A program made the translations under genes and the position numbers. Below, piece by piece: positions 48,060 to 57,730 of a stretch of 64,000 nucleotides of DNA. The notes under the pieces were generated by a model that did not search any database, was not told the origin of the DNA, and saw only the letters and a program-made list of their open reading frames with translations. The number at the start of each line of letters is the position of its first letter. The stretch's first letter is position 1. Source of the stretch: a virus; IMG/VR virus record IMGVR_UViG_3300023184_000093, positions 9,000 through 72,999 of that record, one strand, 5' to 3'.

Positions 48060-48611
48060 ATGAAAACACATAGAACTCATTTCTATCATAAAATACAAGG
48101 GTGGCCAAATCAGCTACCACAAATTTATGCAGAAGCAGTAAAAATTGCCCCACAGTCGGGCGCACATTTTGTAGAAATTGGATGTTGGAAAGGAGCCAGT
48201 GCATCGGCAATGTGTGTAGAAATAATTAACAGTGGAAAAGAAATTAAATTTGATTGCGTAGATACATGGGGCGGAAGTGCAGATGACTCTACACCTATTG
48301 TACATGATGATTCAGTTTATAATGAATTTTTAACAAATTTAGAATCTGTTACTGGTTATTTTAATCCTATAAGAATGCTTAGTACAGAAGCAGCAAACCT
48401 TTATCAAGATGAGAGTTTGGATTTTATATGTATTGATGCTTCGCATGATTACGAAAATGTAAAAGCAGATATATTAGCCTGGTTACCTAAATTGAAGTCT
48501 GGTGGGATACTTGCAGGGGATGATTATCCATATCCCGGAGTTGCAAAAGCAGTTCAAGAAATTTGTCCAGGTTATACTGGACAAATTGGCTGGTGGTGGA
48601 CAAAACCCTGA
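48060..48611 (+). CDS. Class I SAM-dependent methyltransferase (Methyltransf_24-like)
   Basis: Motifs 'FVEIGCWKGAS', 'VDTW', 'DFICIDASHDYENV..D', 'LKSGGILAGDDY'. Confidence 0.85.
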   Translation: MKTHRTHFYHKIQGWPNQLPQIYAEAVKIAPQSGAHFVEIGCWKGASASAMCVEIINSGKEIKFDCVDTWGGSADDSTPIVHDDSVYNEFLTNLESVTGYFNPIRMLSTEAANLYQDESLDFICIDASHDYENVKADILAWLPKLKSGGILAGDDYPYPGVAKAVQEICPGYTGQIGWWWTKP

Positions 48612-48661
48612 AAATTAACTAGCCCTTTCATGATAAATATCTCATAACGAGGGATATTATT

Positions 48662-50344
48662 ATGGCTGTGGTTGAAATTTCAAAAATTCAAGTACGTAGA
48701 GGACAAGAAAATCAAACTGGTATACCAGCATTAGCCGGTGGAGAATTTGGTTGGGCAGCCGATACTGAGCATTTATACATTGGCCTAAGAAGAGATGACG
48801 GCGGTGCTAGAGATGCTAATGTTAGAATTCTAACTGAAAATGATTTAATAGTATCAAATCTTTTTGATTCATCTATTGCGGCTAATTATACCTATCGTAA
48901 TGATACCGACCCTCCTATTACTGCTCATCCAACCACGGGTATTGCATTTGTAAGAGATATTAATAGAAAAATAGATGACTTTGTTAGTATTAGAGATTTT
49001 GGTATAATTGGGCAGGGTGGTGCTATTATTGAATCAGAATTGATTCAGGCTGCTATAGATCATTTATTTCTTGATCCATTAAAAAGTACCACATATTTTG
49101 GAACATATACTGCTAAGGTATTATATTTTCCAGCAGGTGTTTACAATATAGATCAACCTATACTTGTTCCAGGTTATACAACTATAGTAGGTGATGGAAT
49201 TGGTAAAACTATTATTAATTTAAAAGCTACCAATAGTTCCGCTATTCAAACAATAGATGCAGATAAAAATGATATCTATACAAACAGGGTAACATTTGAT
49301 ACAGGCAATATGTCCTCAGGACCTTCGCAGCCTAATTATCTGCATGTACAAGGATTAACTATACAGTATAGTACAGATATTGGTGTAGCTAATTGTTTAC
49401 CTTTAGTAAGTTTAGATTGTTCTGAAAATGCTACGTTTAGAGATGTTAAATTTGCAGGCAATCATTATATAGGTGATAACATAGATGCAGGACACAGTGC
49501 TATTACCATTAGAGGATATGCCGGTGCTGAAAATTTAACAGTATCATCTAATAATACATTAATTGATAACTGTGAATTTGATGGATTTTATCATTGTGTA
49601 ATATCAAATTTTGATATTGTAAATCCTGTTATACAAAATTCTCAGTTATATAATTCTGTAAGAGGAATTACATTCAATGATGAAGTCAACCCCGAGGCAA
49701 CAACTGGCCCTCGCGGTGCTCGTATCTTGAATAATAGATTTGTAAAAATTAATCAACAAGCTATATATGTTGGAGATAGTGCCAACGGTTATACTTCTGA
49801 TAATGTTATTATGAATAATCGTTTTTACAATGTAGGTAATCTTAACTATGGTAGAACTAGTACAACTGGTACCTCTGTGATTACATTAGGTAACGGTGAT
49901 GTAAGCATGAACAATTGGTTTGATAGACAAGAATATCAAAATACAAAGTTTGGAGATACTCTGATTAATTATGTACCGCTTATTAGTGGTCCTGCTGTTG
50001 TTAATAATTTAGCAGTTAAAACTGCTTTTATAGATGCAGGGGCATCTACTATAATTAGATTACCCATAACTAAATTATCACAAAATTTAACTGTTAATTA
50101 TAAGTTAACTCAAGGTATTCCAGGAGCATATACTATTGATAGAATTGGAAAACTTAATATATATCTACAGCCAGGCGATACTCCAAATGATACCAATATT
50201 TTAGATGAATATACTTACATTGCTGGGGAAGGTGATATTCGATGGAGTGTGATAGTTGTTGCTGCACGTGCCTATTACGAACTAAGTATATTAACTTTGC
50301 TTAACGATCTTACACTAGAATTTCAAACTAACCTAATGATCTAA
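48662..50344 (+). CDS. Tail protein with an Mtd-type N-terminal domain and a pectate-lyase-like beta-helix
   Basis: N-domain 'KIQVRRG..P.LAGGEFGWAADT..LYIG'; beta-helix start 'VSIRDFG..G...IQAAID..LYFPAGVY..GDGIGKT'. Confidence 0.8.
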   Translation: MAVVEISKIQVRRGQENQTGIPALAGGEFGWAADTEHLYIGLRRDDGGARDANVRILTENDLIVSNLFDSSIAANYTYRNDTDPPITAHPTTGIAFVRDINRKIDDFVSIRDFGIIGQGGAIIESELIQAAIDHLFLDPLKSTTYFGTYTAKVLYFPAGVYNIDQPILVPGYTTIVGDGIGKTIINLKATNSSAIQTIDADKNDIYTNRVTFDTGNMSSGPSQPNYLHVQGLTIQYSTDIGVANCLPLVSLDCSENATFRDVKFAGNHYIGDNIDAGHSAITIRGYAGAENLTVSSNNTLIDNCEFDGFYHCVISNFDIVNPVIQNSQLYNSVRGITFNDEVNPEATTGPRGARILNNRFVKINQQAIYVGDSANGYTSDNVIMNNRFYNVGNLNYGRTSTTGTSVITLGNGDVSMNNWFDRQEYQNTKFGDTLINYVPLISGPAVVNNLAVKTAFIDAGASTIIRLPITKLSQNLTVNYKLTQGIPGAYTIDRIGKLNIYLQPGDTPNDTNILDEYTYIAGEGDIRWSVIVVAARAYYELSILTLLNDLTLEFQTNLMI

Positions 50345-50347
50345 AAT

Positions 50348-50782
50348 ATGTTTAACCAACCTGTTGATGCAAGACTAACAGAATGGATTGAACATAGGCG
50401 AGACTTAGACCAGAGCACTGAGCCATTACAGGCAGTTTGGGATTTCTGGCAATCCGCTCCGTTCATTCCACACAATAGAAATATTGATCCTTATCATCAG
50501 AAAAGCTGGCCAACCCCTTGGGAAATTATTGAAACAAATAGATATGACGATTTTACCAAGGCACTAATGATAAGTTGGACATTGAAATTGACAAAAAAAT
50601 ATCAAAATAGTAAGATAGAACTCAAAACCCTTGTTGACTCTAATCGTACAAAAGAGTATAATGTTGTATGTGTAGATGATGCTTGGGTATTAAACTATAA
50701 TGATAATGGACCTGTTTCCGTTAAAGAATTAGCTAGTGGATTTAAACTTGAAAATCTAATTGAAGTTATAGGTCCCAGGTAA
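50348..50782 (+). CDS. Conserved hypothetical phage protein
   Basis: 144 aa with 'WPTPWEII'. Confidence 0.7.
   Translation: MFNQPVDARLTEWIEHRRDLDQSTEPLQAVWDFWQSAPFIPHNRNIDPYHQKSWPTPWEIIETNRYDDFTKALMISWTLKLTKKYQNSKIELKTLVDSNRTKEYNVVCVDDAWVLNYNDNGPVSVKELASGFKLENLIEVIGPR
50634..50662 (+). promoter_or_regulatory. sigma70-type promoter inside the upstream CDS, probably driving nrdAB
   Basis: TTGACT-N17-TATAAT, about 150 nt upstream of nrdA. Confidence 0.6.
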
Positions 50783-50812
50783 ATATCACCTAAGACATAA
50801 AAAGGTATAAGA

Positions 50813-53137
50813 ATGATAACAGTAGTAAAGCGTAATGGAAGCCGTGTATCCATGGACATAGAAAAGATTCAAAGACAAGTAGCATATTCTTGTAAGGGAA
50901 TCGACGGGGTTAGTCCTAGCATGATTGAAATTAAAGCTCAAATAGAACTACATGACGGGATGACCACAGAAACTATTGATCAATTATTGCTCAAAGCTAT
51001 GGTAGACTTAGTCGACGAAACAGAAAATCCAGAAATTAATAATGTTAACTATCAATATGTAGCGGGTAGACAACGTGTGAGTATGCTACGTAAAGAAGTA
51101 TATGGACAATACGACCCACCGGCTCTTTATGATATTGTAAAGAAAAATGTTGAGTTAGGTATGTATACTAAAGAATTACTAGAATGGTATACTAAAGAAG
51201 AATGGGATATTATAGACTTATTCATCGACCATGACAAAGATGAAGGATACACATATGCGGCAATTGCTCAACTATGTGAAAAGTATCTAGTACAGAATCG
51301 TGCCACTGGACAAATATTCGAAACTCCTCAGGTACGTTATGCTGTGGCTTCTGCTACAGCATTCCATAATGAATCCAAGGAGGCTAGATTAAAATATGTC
51401 AAAGAATATTATGAATGTGCTAGTGCGGGTCACTTTACATTGGCTACACCTGTGCTTGCTGGCCTTGGTACTACTACTAAGCAGTTTAGTAGCTGTGTCC
51501 TTATCAGTAGCGATGATACTCTGGACAGCATCTTCGCTTCTGGTGAAATGATGGCCAAGTATGCTAGTAAACGTGCTGGCATTGGTTTAGAGATTGGACG
51601 CATTCGCCCATTAGGTGCTCCTATTCGTAATGGCGAGATTAAACATACAGGTATGATACCTTTCTTAAAGAAATGGTTTGCTGACCTACGTAGTTGCAGC
51701 CAAGGTGGTATTCGCAATGCTAGCTGTACAGTAACATTTCCTGTTTGGCATTATCAATTTGAAGACCTTATTGTATTGAAAAACAATCAAGGCACAGAAG
51801 AAACCCGTGTACGTCAAATGGATTACAGCGTAGTAGTTAACAAGATGTTTTGGAATCGTTATAAGAATGGGCAAATGATGAGTTTGTTTGATCCACACGA
51901 TGTACCAGACCTGTACGAAGCCTACTATCGCAACAGCGAAGAATTTGAAAAACTATACCTAAATTATGAAAAACATCCGACAATTAAAAAGAAGAGCGTA
52001 TCGGCGGATGAAATATTCAAAAATGGCATCCTTAAGGAACGTACTGATACTGGGCGCATCTACCTTGTCAACATTGACAACGTTATCAACCAGGGGCCGT
52101 TTGATACCCAGCTTGACCCAATATATCAATCAAATCTATGCCAAGAAATACTTTTACCCACGAAGCCTTTCCAAAGAATTGAAGATCCAGAGGGACGCAT
52201 TGCTCTTTGTACTCTTGGGTCCATAAATTGGGGTGCTTTCCGTAACCCACAAGAGATGCGTAAGGCTTGCAGAGTATTGGTTCGCAGTCTAAGCAATCTA
52301 TTAAATTATCAAGATTTCCTAAGCATACAGAGTAAGTTAGCCAACACGGATTTTGAACCTCTCGGCGTTGGCATTACAAACTTAGCCTACTGGCATGCAC
52401 GTAAGAGTTTTAAATACGGAACACCAGAAGCATTAGCAGAAGTTAAACGTTGGATGGAACATCAAGCATATTACCTTACCGAAGCAAGTGTAGAACTAGC
52501 CCAAGAGCGTGGCCCATGTCTGCGTAGCGAATACACCTACTACGGTCGGGGAATATTCCCTTGGGAACGTAGAGCAGCAGGTGTTAATGAATTAACTGAT
52601 TTCGCACCTAGCATAGACTGGGAACCATTGCGTGAACGTATGAAGAAATATGGTATACGCAATGCTACACTTATGGCAGTTGCTCCCGTTGAATCAAGTA
52701 GTGTTGTTCTAAACAGCACCAATGGTATTGAAATGCCCATGGAACTTATCAGCGTTAAAGAAAGCAAGGCAGGTTCATTTACACAGGTAGTTCCAGAATA
52801 CAAACGACTAAAGAACCGTTATCAACTAATGTGGGAACAAACCGACTGTGTTGACTACCTAAAGACATCGGCGGTATTGGCAGCATACATTGATCAAAGT
52901 CTAAGCACCAATACTTTCTATAGTCCACGACATTTTAAAGATGGAAAAGTGCCTGGTACATTGATTGCTAAAAATTTAATGTTAGCCTACAAGTGGGGCC
53001 TGAAGACCATATACTATAGCCTTCTGGATAAGGTAGGTAGTAAAAATGTATTAATGACCCAAAGTGATAGATTAGTAGCATTAGAACCTGTTACTATATA
53101 TAGTGACGACGAAGATTGCGAGGCATGTAAATTATGA
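50813..53137 (+). CDS. nrdA: Ribonucleoside-diphosphate reductase class Ia alpha subunit
   Basis: ATP cone 'VVKRNG', 'QFSSC', 'SCSQGG.R', 'SNLCQEI', 'GLKTIYY' and C-terminal 'CEACKL'. Confidence 0.97.
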   Translation: MITVVKRNGSRVSMDIEKIQRQVAYSCKGIDGVSPSMIEIKAQIELHDGMTTETIDQLLLKAMVDLVDETENPEINNVNYQYVAGRQRVSMLRKEVYGQYDPPALYDIVKKNVELGMYTKELLEWYTKEEWDIIDLFIDHDKDEGYTYAAIAQLCEKYLVQNRATGQIFETPQVRYAVASATAFHNESKEARLKYVKEYYECASAGHFTLATPVLAGLGTTTKQFSSCVLISSDDTLDSIFASGEMMAKYASKRAGIGLEIGRIRPLGAPIRNGEIKHTGMIPFLKKWFADLRSCSQGGIRNASCTVTFPVWHYQFEDLIVLKNNQGTEETRVRQMDYSVVVNKMFWNRYKNGQMMSLFDPHDVPDLYEAYYRNSEEFEKLYLNYEKHPTIKKKSVSADEIFKNGILKERTDTGRIYLVNIDNVINQGPFDTQLDPIYQSNLCQEILLPTKPFQRIEDPEGRIALCTLGSINWGAFRNPQEMRKACRVLVRSLSNLLNYQDFLSIQSKLANTDFEPLGVGITNLAYWHARKSFKYGTPEALAEVKRWMEHQAYYLTEASVELAQERGPCLRSEYTYYGRGIFPWERRAAGVNELTDFAPSIDWEPLRERMKKYGIRNATLMAVAPVESSSVVLNSTNGIEMPMELISVKESKAGSFTQVVPEYKRLKNRYQLMWEQTDCVDYLKTSAVLAAYIDQSLSTNTFYSPRHFKDGKVPGTLIAKNLMLAYKWGLKTIYYSLLDKVGSKNVLMTQSDRLVALEPVTIYSDDEDCEACKL

Positions 53138-53277
53138 TAACAATTGGATTAATGGGTGTTGGTAGTGATAATACATTGTACACACCAAGTGGTAAAAAAA
53201 TATGCCGTGTTCCCAAATGGATGGCATGGCGTATACAAAGCATCCAACATTGGATTGCAATAAGGACCTGGAAATGA
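53134..53277 (+). CDS. Small basic Trp-rich protein (47 aa) between nrdA and nrdB
   Basis: Read manually: [47 protein letters not shown]; ATGA overlaps at both ends. Confidence 0.55.
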   Translation: MITIGLMGVGSDNTLYTPSGKKICRVPKWMAWRIQSIQHWIAIRTWK

Positions 53278-54374
53278 GCAAAGAACAATACAACTTGTTG
53301 AAACCAACAAACTATCTCAAACGTAAAATGTTTTTGGATCCTGCAGGTCCAGTTACAGTACAGCGTTTTGAAGAAGTCAAATATCAAAAATTACAAAAGT
53401 ACGAAGAGCTCGCCCGCGGATTCTTTTGGGTTCCAGAAGAAATTAGTCTTACTAAAGATAAGATGGATCACAAAGATGCCAGTGATGCTGTTAAACATAT
53501 CTTCACTAGTAATCTATTAAGACAAACTGCATTGGATAGTATTCAAGGTCGAGCACCATTCCAAATCTTTGGACCAGTATCTAGTTTGCCCGAACTCGAA
53601 GCACTTGCATTGACATGGAGTTTTTTCGAAACCAGCATACACAGCAAATCATATAGTCACATTATTAGAAACATCTATAGTGTGCCCAAGGATGAATTCA
53701 ACAAGATCCACGACACTAAGGAAATTGTTGAAATGGCTGCTAACATAGGACGCCATTATGAAAATCTACACTTACTTAATTGCCGTAAAGAAATGGGTGA
53801 AGAAATTGATCTCCACACTCACAAGCGGGCAATTTGGTTGGCATTACATGCAAGCTATGCACTCGAGGCATTCCGCTTCATGGTATCATTCGCAACATCG
53901 TTGGCTATGGTCGAAAACAAAATCTACATCGGTAACGGAAACATCATTAGTCTCATCCTCCAAGACGAACTCCTCCATGCAGAATGGACCGCTTGGTTGA
54001 TCAACAATGTAGTCAAAGATGACTCAGACTTCGTTGTACTTGAAGAAGAATGTCGTGAAGAAGTATACGCAATGTATATGGAAGTTATTGCTGAAGAAAA
54101 GGCCTGGGCAGATTACTTGTTTAAGAAAGGACCAGTCATTGGTCTCAATGCTACTATTCTAAAAGACTTTGTAGACTATACAGCATTTATACGTTTAAAA
54201 GACATTGGTATCAAGTATGCCGAAGAGCATCCACGTAGCAGTCCTATTCCATGGTTTAACAAACATGTTAACATTGGTAAGAAGCAAAGTGCATTACAGG
54301 AAACTGAAAGCACTAATTATGTTGTGGGAGTTATGAGTTCAGAAGTTAATCATTATGATCTTCCTGATTTGTAA
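53274..54374 (+). CDS. nrdB: Ribonucleoside-diphosphate reductase class Ia beta subunit
   Basis: Motifs '[10 protein letters not shown]', '[10 protein letters not shown]', 'ETSIHSKSY', 'LEAFRF', 'QDELLH', 'QETE..NY'. The start is placed at MSKEQ (53274) rather than 53202. Confidence 0.95.
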   Translation: MSKEQYNLLKPTNYLKRKMFLDPAGPVTVQRFEEVKYQKLQKYEELARGFFWVPEEISLTKDKMDHKDASDAVKHIFTSNLLRQTALDSIQGRAPFQIFGPVSSLPELEALALTWSFFETSIHSKSYSHIIRNIYSVPKDEFNKIHDTKEIVEMAANIGRHYENLHLLNCRKEMGEEIDLHTHKRAIWLALHASYALEAFRFMVSFATSLAMVENKIYIGNGNIISLILQDELLHAEWTAWLINNVVKDDSDFVVLEEECREEVYAMYMEVIAEEKAWADYLFKKGPVIGLNATILKDFVDYTAFIRLKDIGIKYAEEHPRSSPIPWFNKHVNIGKKQSALQETESTNYVVGVMSSEVNHYDLPDL

Positions 54375-54885
54375 TTACACTCCATCCTTTAACAGACTTT
54401 TGTCTATGAGCACCTTTAAATAATGAATGAACATTAATTTTACACAAATTGTATTTTGTGTAAAGTTCATTCTTAGTACAGTATTCAATAGTACCGCTTA
54501 CATGACGAAACTTATGTAAACTATGATCGTACTGTCCATTGTTTTTGCCTTTTGTTTTGCTAGTGCGCCCCTTCATTTTTACTCGTTGTAATTCTTTCTG
54601 TCTTTCAGTTCTTATAAGTCCAGCACTACCCTCACCGCCGTCTGTTAAATTGCGCAATGTACCTGTTCCGTTATCTTTACGACCGTACCAACGAATCATT
54701 CGTCTTTCAAGTGCAAGCGCACCGAGATCTGTTAAGTTATGTTCAAGTATAATTATCTGAGATTTGTTTTTAGGAACAGAAATTACTTTTTGCTTTGAAT
54801 ATGCTCGAAGCCCGTTGCCCTTACCAATGTAGTAAGGTGTGCCATCTAATCTTAGATAGGCGTAAACATAAAAGTGTAAATACAT
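54346..54885 (-). CDS. Free-standing GIY-YIG-like homing endonuclease
   Basis: '[18 protein letters not shown]', '[25 protein letters not shown]' and a basic NUMOD-like tail; overlaps the nrdB 3' end. Confidence 0.85.
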   Translation of the reverse strand: MYLHFYVYAYLRLDGTPYYIGKGNGLRAYSKQKVISVPKNKSQIIILEHNLTDLGALALERRMIRWYGRKDNGTGTLRNLTDGGEGSAGLIRTERQKELQRVKMKGRTSKTKGKNNGQYDHSLHKFRHVSGTIEYCTKNELYTKYNLCKINVHSLFKGAHRQKSVKGWSVITNQEDHND

Positions 54886-54955
54886 TGCTGATAGTTCCTT
54901 ATAAACTGTTAGGGTAGTTGGATATGTCCAGTATCGCGAACTACACTTTTATTTA
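54877..54955. promoter_or_regulatory. Conserved double-hairpin leader/antisense element of the GIY-YIG gene (copy 2)
   Basis: Near-identical to 40397-40475. TAAATA occurs on + at 54877-54882 and on - at 54950-54955. Confidence 0.75.
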
Positions 54956-54957
54956 TG

Positions 54958-54986
54958 TTGACTTTATCATTATCGACATATATACT
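54958..54986 (+). promoter_or_regulatory. sigma70-type promoter
   Basis: TTGACT-N17-TATACT. Confidence 0.65.
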
Positions 54987-55005
54987 AATACTATAAAGAT
55001 AAAAT

Positions 55006-55167
55006 ATGGCCGACGCTGATAAAATTAAAAAACTAGAACAATATGTTGAACAATTGATTAAACAAAATCAAGAGTTAAATCAACGTATTAGTTTGTTAGA
55101 AAGAGAAAATACCCGCAGACGCGGAGAGGTTAGTAAAATAACCTCAGTAATTAATAGACGAGGATAA
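55006..55167 (+). CDS. Small coiled-coil protein (53 aa)
   Basis: Read manually: MADADKIKKLEQYVEQLIKQNQELNQRISLLERENTRRRGEVSKITSVINRRG. Confidence 0.65.
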   Translation: MADADKIKKLEQYVEQLIKQNQELNQRISLLERENTRRRGEVSKITSVINRRG

Positions 55168-55172
55168 TAAAA

Positions 55173-55394
55173 ATGAAAGCAATATTATGGAGTAAATATC
55201 ACTGTCCTTACTGTGACCAAGCACACGCATTATTAAAATCTAAAGGTTATCAAATTGAAGAACGTAAGATCGGCGACGGATACTCTAAAGAAGAATTATT
55301 TGAAGAAGTACCTAATGCTCGCAGTGTTCCACAAATCTTTATCGAAGGTGCTCACGTTGGTGGTTTTAAGGAACTACAGGAATATCTAAAATGA
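55173..55394 (+). CDS. Glutaredoxin
   Basis: CPYC active site; 'RSVPQIFI.G..VGGF'. Confidence 0.95.
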   Translation: MKAILWSKYHCPYCDQAHALLKSKGYQIEERKIGDGYSKEELFEEVPNARSVPQIFIEGAHVGGFKELQEYLK

Positions 55395-55870
55395 TAGAGA
55401 TTAAACCCCTTGAACCTTTAGATTCAGATTATCTCGAAGATTATAAAATAGATGTATCATCACTACAATCTATGATTAATAGTTATCCTTCTGCAACTCT
55501 TACGTCAGGTCCATATACTAGTCTTAATGTAGGTGCTGCCGGCGGCACAGGATCATATGGGTCTTTATCTGGATCAAGTGGCAGTAGTTATGTCTATACT
55601 ACCAACGGCACATCACCTTGGGGAAACCTTACTATGACTAATAACAGCCAACCTTCGTCACTAAATGTTAAAGGTGATGCAGAGTTCGAAGGCAAGGTTA
55701 AAATCAACGGTCAGGATCTTGGAGAGTTTATGGAAACAATCTCCAAACGTTTGGCTATACTTGTACCAGACCCAGAAAAATTAGAACACTTTGAAGCGTT
55801 AAAGAAAGCCTACGATCATTATAAAATGCTAGAGCAGTTATGCGAATTACCCAAAGAAGAAAAGGAATAA
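55391..55870 (+). CDS. Hypothetical phage protein
   Basis: 'LNVKGDAEFEG..KING..L..I.KRLAIL.P......F.ALK.AY.HYK.LE'. Confidence 0.7.
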   Translation: MIEIKPLEPLDSDYLEDYKIDVSSLQSMINSYPSATLTSGPYTSLNVGAAGGTGSYGSLSGSSGSSYVYTTNGTSPWGNLTMTNNSQPSSLNVKGDAEFEGKVKINGQDLGEFMETISKRLAILVPDPEKLEHFEALKKAYDHYKMLEQLCELPKEEKE

Positions 55871-55871
55871 A

Positions 55872-56159
55872 ATGTTAATTGAAAGAGGATTTACCAGTGC
55901 TGATGTTGTTAGTTTAAAACTAATCAACGGTGAAGAACTTATTGCACGGTTTGAAAGCGAAACTGCTGATGTAGTTAAAATTGTCAAACCAATGTGTGTT
56001 ACACTAAATGGTCAAGGTGTTGGATTAATGCCCTGGATGTTTCTTGGCAATGGCAAAGAAGTAACGTTGAACAAGTCACATATATTTGCCATGATGAGTA
56101 GCAAGCACGAGGCTGCTGACCAATATAGAGACAGTACCACTGATATTGCCTTAAGATAA
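55872..56159 (+). CDS. Sm/LSm-like fold phage protein
   Basis: 'VVSLKLINGEELIAR...KP...GLMPW' pattern. Confidence 0.6.
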   Translation: MLIERGFTSADVVSLKLINGEELIARFESETADVVKIVKPMCVTLNGQGVGLMPWMFLGNGKEVTLNKSHIFAMMSSKHEAADQYRDSTTDIALR

Positions 56160-56161
56160 TA

Positions 56162-56578
56162 ATGGCAACAATACTAGGAACAACGGCAGCAACAGTAGGG
56201 TTTAATACCGTGTTTACACAGTCAATTACTGTGACAACAGATGGAATTCCGGACCCTTCTCCTACTGTAACACGCAGTTATGTTGATCCCGGTGTTAATG
56301 TAATTACAGCAACTGGATTAGTTACTATATCTGGATTGTATACAAATATTATTGTTACCTCATGGACCTATAACGATTTATCAAATAATTCCGTAACCAT
56401 TACCTCGGTACCCGCTGCTGGAACATTTAAAATGATTACAAAAGTTGATAGTCCTGCAAAATTGAAAGAATTGTGTGTTTATACAATTAACGGTGTTACA
56501 TTTACTCATACGGTTGATCTAGGTTCATATTCAGGAATAGCAACTTCACTGACATCATTATTAAATTCAGTGGTATAA
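56162..56578 (+). CDS. Hypothetical (Thr-rich, probably structural) protein
   Basis: 138-aa ORF immediately upstream of the PAAR gene. Confidence 0.6.
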   Translation: MATILGTTAATVGFNTVFTQSITVTTDGIPDPSPTVTRSYVDPGVNVITATGLVTISGLYTNIIVTSWTYNDLSNNSVTITSVPAAGTFKMITKVDSPAKLKELCVYTINGVTFTHTVDLGSYSGIATSLTSLLNSVV

Positions 56579-56579
56579 T

Positions 56580-57641
56580 ATGGGATCAAGACCAGTAACA
56601 CGAATAACTGATAAAACTACTGGACACAGTACGTATAAACCACGTGCTACAAAAGGTCCTGGCGTAGGCGGAAGTAGTGATGTGTTTGCAAATAATCTCG
56701 GAGTCAACAGAGTTGATGATGTATGGAATCCGCACGTAGGAGATCCTGCATATACAGGAGATACGCACCCTGGCGAGGAAGGACATAAGACAACAGCGGG
56801 CTCTGGATCAGTTTTTGCAAACGGTAAAGGAGTTGCTCGAATTGGAGATCCTGTAGAAGGTGATATAATTGCAGGAGGTAGTCCTAATGTATTTGCAGGT
56901 AGTGCGCCAGGTTTGTTTAATATCTCGTCTGTTTCAGTTACTATAAATATTCCAGCCGGTGATCAAACTGCTGCGGAAACATTAGTTGGTAATTATGTTA
57001 CCGCCCAAACTGGACAACCAAATTCGTATTATAAACCAGAAGCAGCAGCTGACGGTGTTAAAGGTAACTATGCAGGTACTCCAGAAGTAGCTGACCCTGC
57101 TACTGTACCAGCTGGTCAGGTAGCACCCGATCCAACAGCATCAGATCTTATACCATTCTTAGAAGCAAGAGTCGCAGAGGCAGGAACTGGTGCATGGAGA
57201 GAAACTGGACAAGGTGGAAACCCAAGTAATGCTAAAATTACCAATATATGGAAAAATCTTGGGTATCCATCGGCTAACCCATGGACCACAGATCAAACTG
57301 CATGGTGTATGGGTTTTGTTAATTACGCTCTTAAAAATTCTGGATACAAATATGTTCAAACGGCCAGTGCTGCACTTATTACTTCCAATCCAGAAAAATG
57401 GGGAGCAGTACAGGTACCTAAAGCAGACGCAAGGCCCGGTGACATTGCATTTTGGAGTTATAGGCATGTAAATTTTGTTTATACCGCCGCTAATGGAAAA
57501 TATAGTTTTGTAGGTGGAAATCAAACTCCTAGCGGTGGCAAGAACAATCCTGACGACGGAGATATAACTATTTCATATCCAGGCGGTACTGCTGCTAGTA
57601 ATTCAAATTGGGTTAGTTGCTGGCGACCAACAAAGACATAA
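56580..57641 (+). CDS. PAAR-like spike-tip protein fused to a CHAP/NlpC-P60-like peptidoglycan hydrolase
   Basis: N-terminal 'VTRITD..TGH..GSSDVFAN..RVDD..H..GSGSVFANGKGVARIGDP..GSPNVFAG'; C-terminal 'AWCMGFVN..PGDIAF..HVNF..GGNQ'. Confidence 0.8.
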   Translation: MGSRPVTRITDKTTGHSTYKPRATKGPGVGGSSDVFANNLGVNRVDDVWNPHVGDPAYTGDTHPGEEGHKTTAGSGSVFANGKGVARIGDPVEGDIIAGGSPNVFAGSAPGLFNISSVSVTINIPAGDQTAAETLVGNYVTAQTGQPNSYYKPEAAADGVKGNYAGTPEVADPATVPAGQVAPDPTASDLIPFLEARVAEAGTGAWRETGQGGNPSNAKITNIWKNLGYPSANPWTTDQTAWCMGFVNYALKNSGYKYVQTASAALITSNPEKWGAVQVPKADARPGDIAFWSYRHVNFVYTAANGKYSFVGGNQTPSGGKNNPDDGDITISYPGGTAASNSNWVSCWRPTKT

Positions 57642-57650
57642 GTATTATAG

Positions 57651-57730
57651 TCTGCAAGGGTATAATGCATAGCATTTTGGAAGGTGCAAGTCCGGGAGGC
57701 AGGAGAAGCCAATTCTTGCAGATTTCTCCA
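57651..57730 (+). ncRNA. Candidate structured ncRNA (four-way junction, possible pseudoknot)
   Basis: Closing stem TCTGCAAG/CTTGCAGA encloses three hairpins; a TAAGTA late-promoter-like motif lies just upstream. Confidence 0.45.

Noticed and set aside
48662-50344. Diversity-generating retroelement target (Mtd-type N-terminus)
   Set aside because: No reverse transcriptase and no TR/VR pair differing at adenines were seen in the window, and the C-terminus is a beta-helix rather than a C-type lectin.
53202-53273. N-terminal extension of NrdB given in the ORF track
   Set aside because: It does not resemble NrdB. The ATG at 53274 is coupled to the upstream micro-ORF and gives a typical length.
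50813-54374. Introns or inteins in nrdA/nrdB
   Set aside because: Both ORFs are continuous, of normal length, and have all motifs in order.
57651-57730. tRNA gene
   Set aside because: No GG D-loop, no 7-nt anticodon loop, and no TTCRA T-loop in the correct position. Kept only as an unassigned ncRNA candidate.
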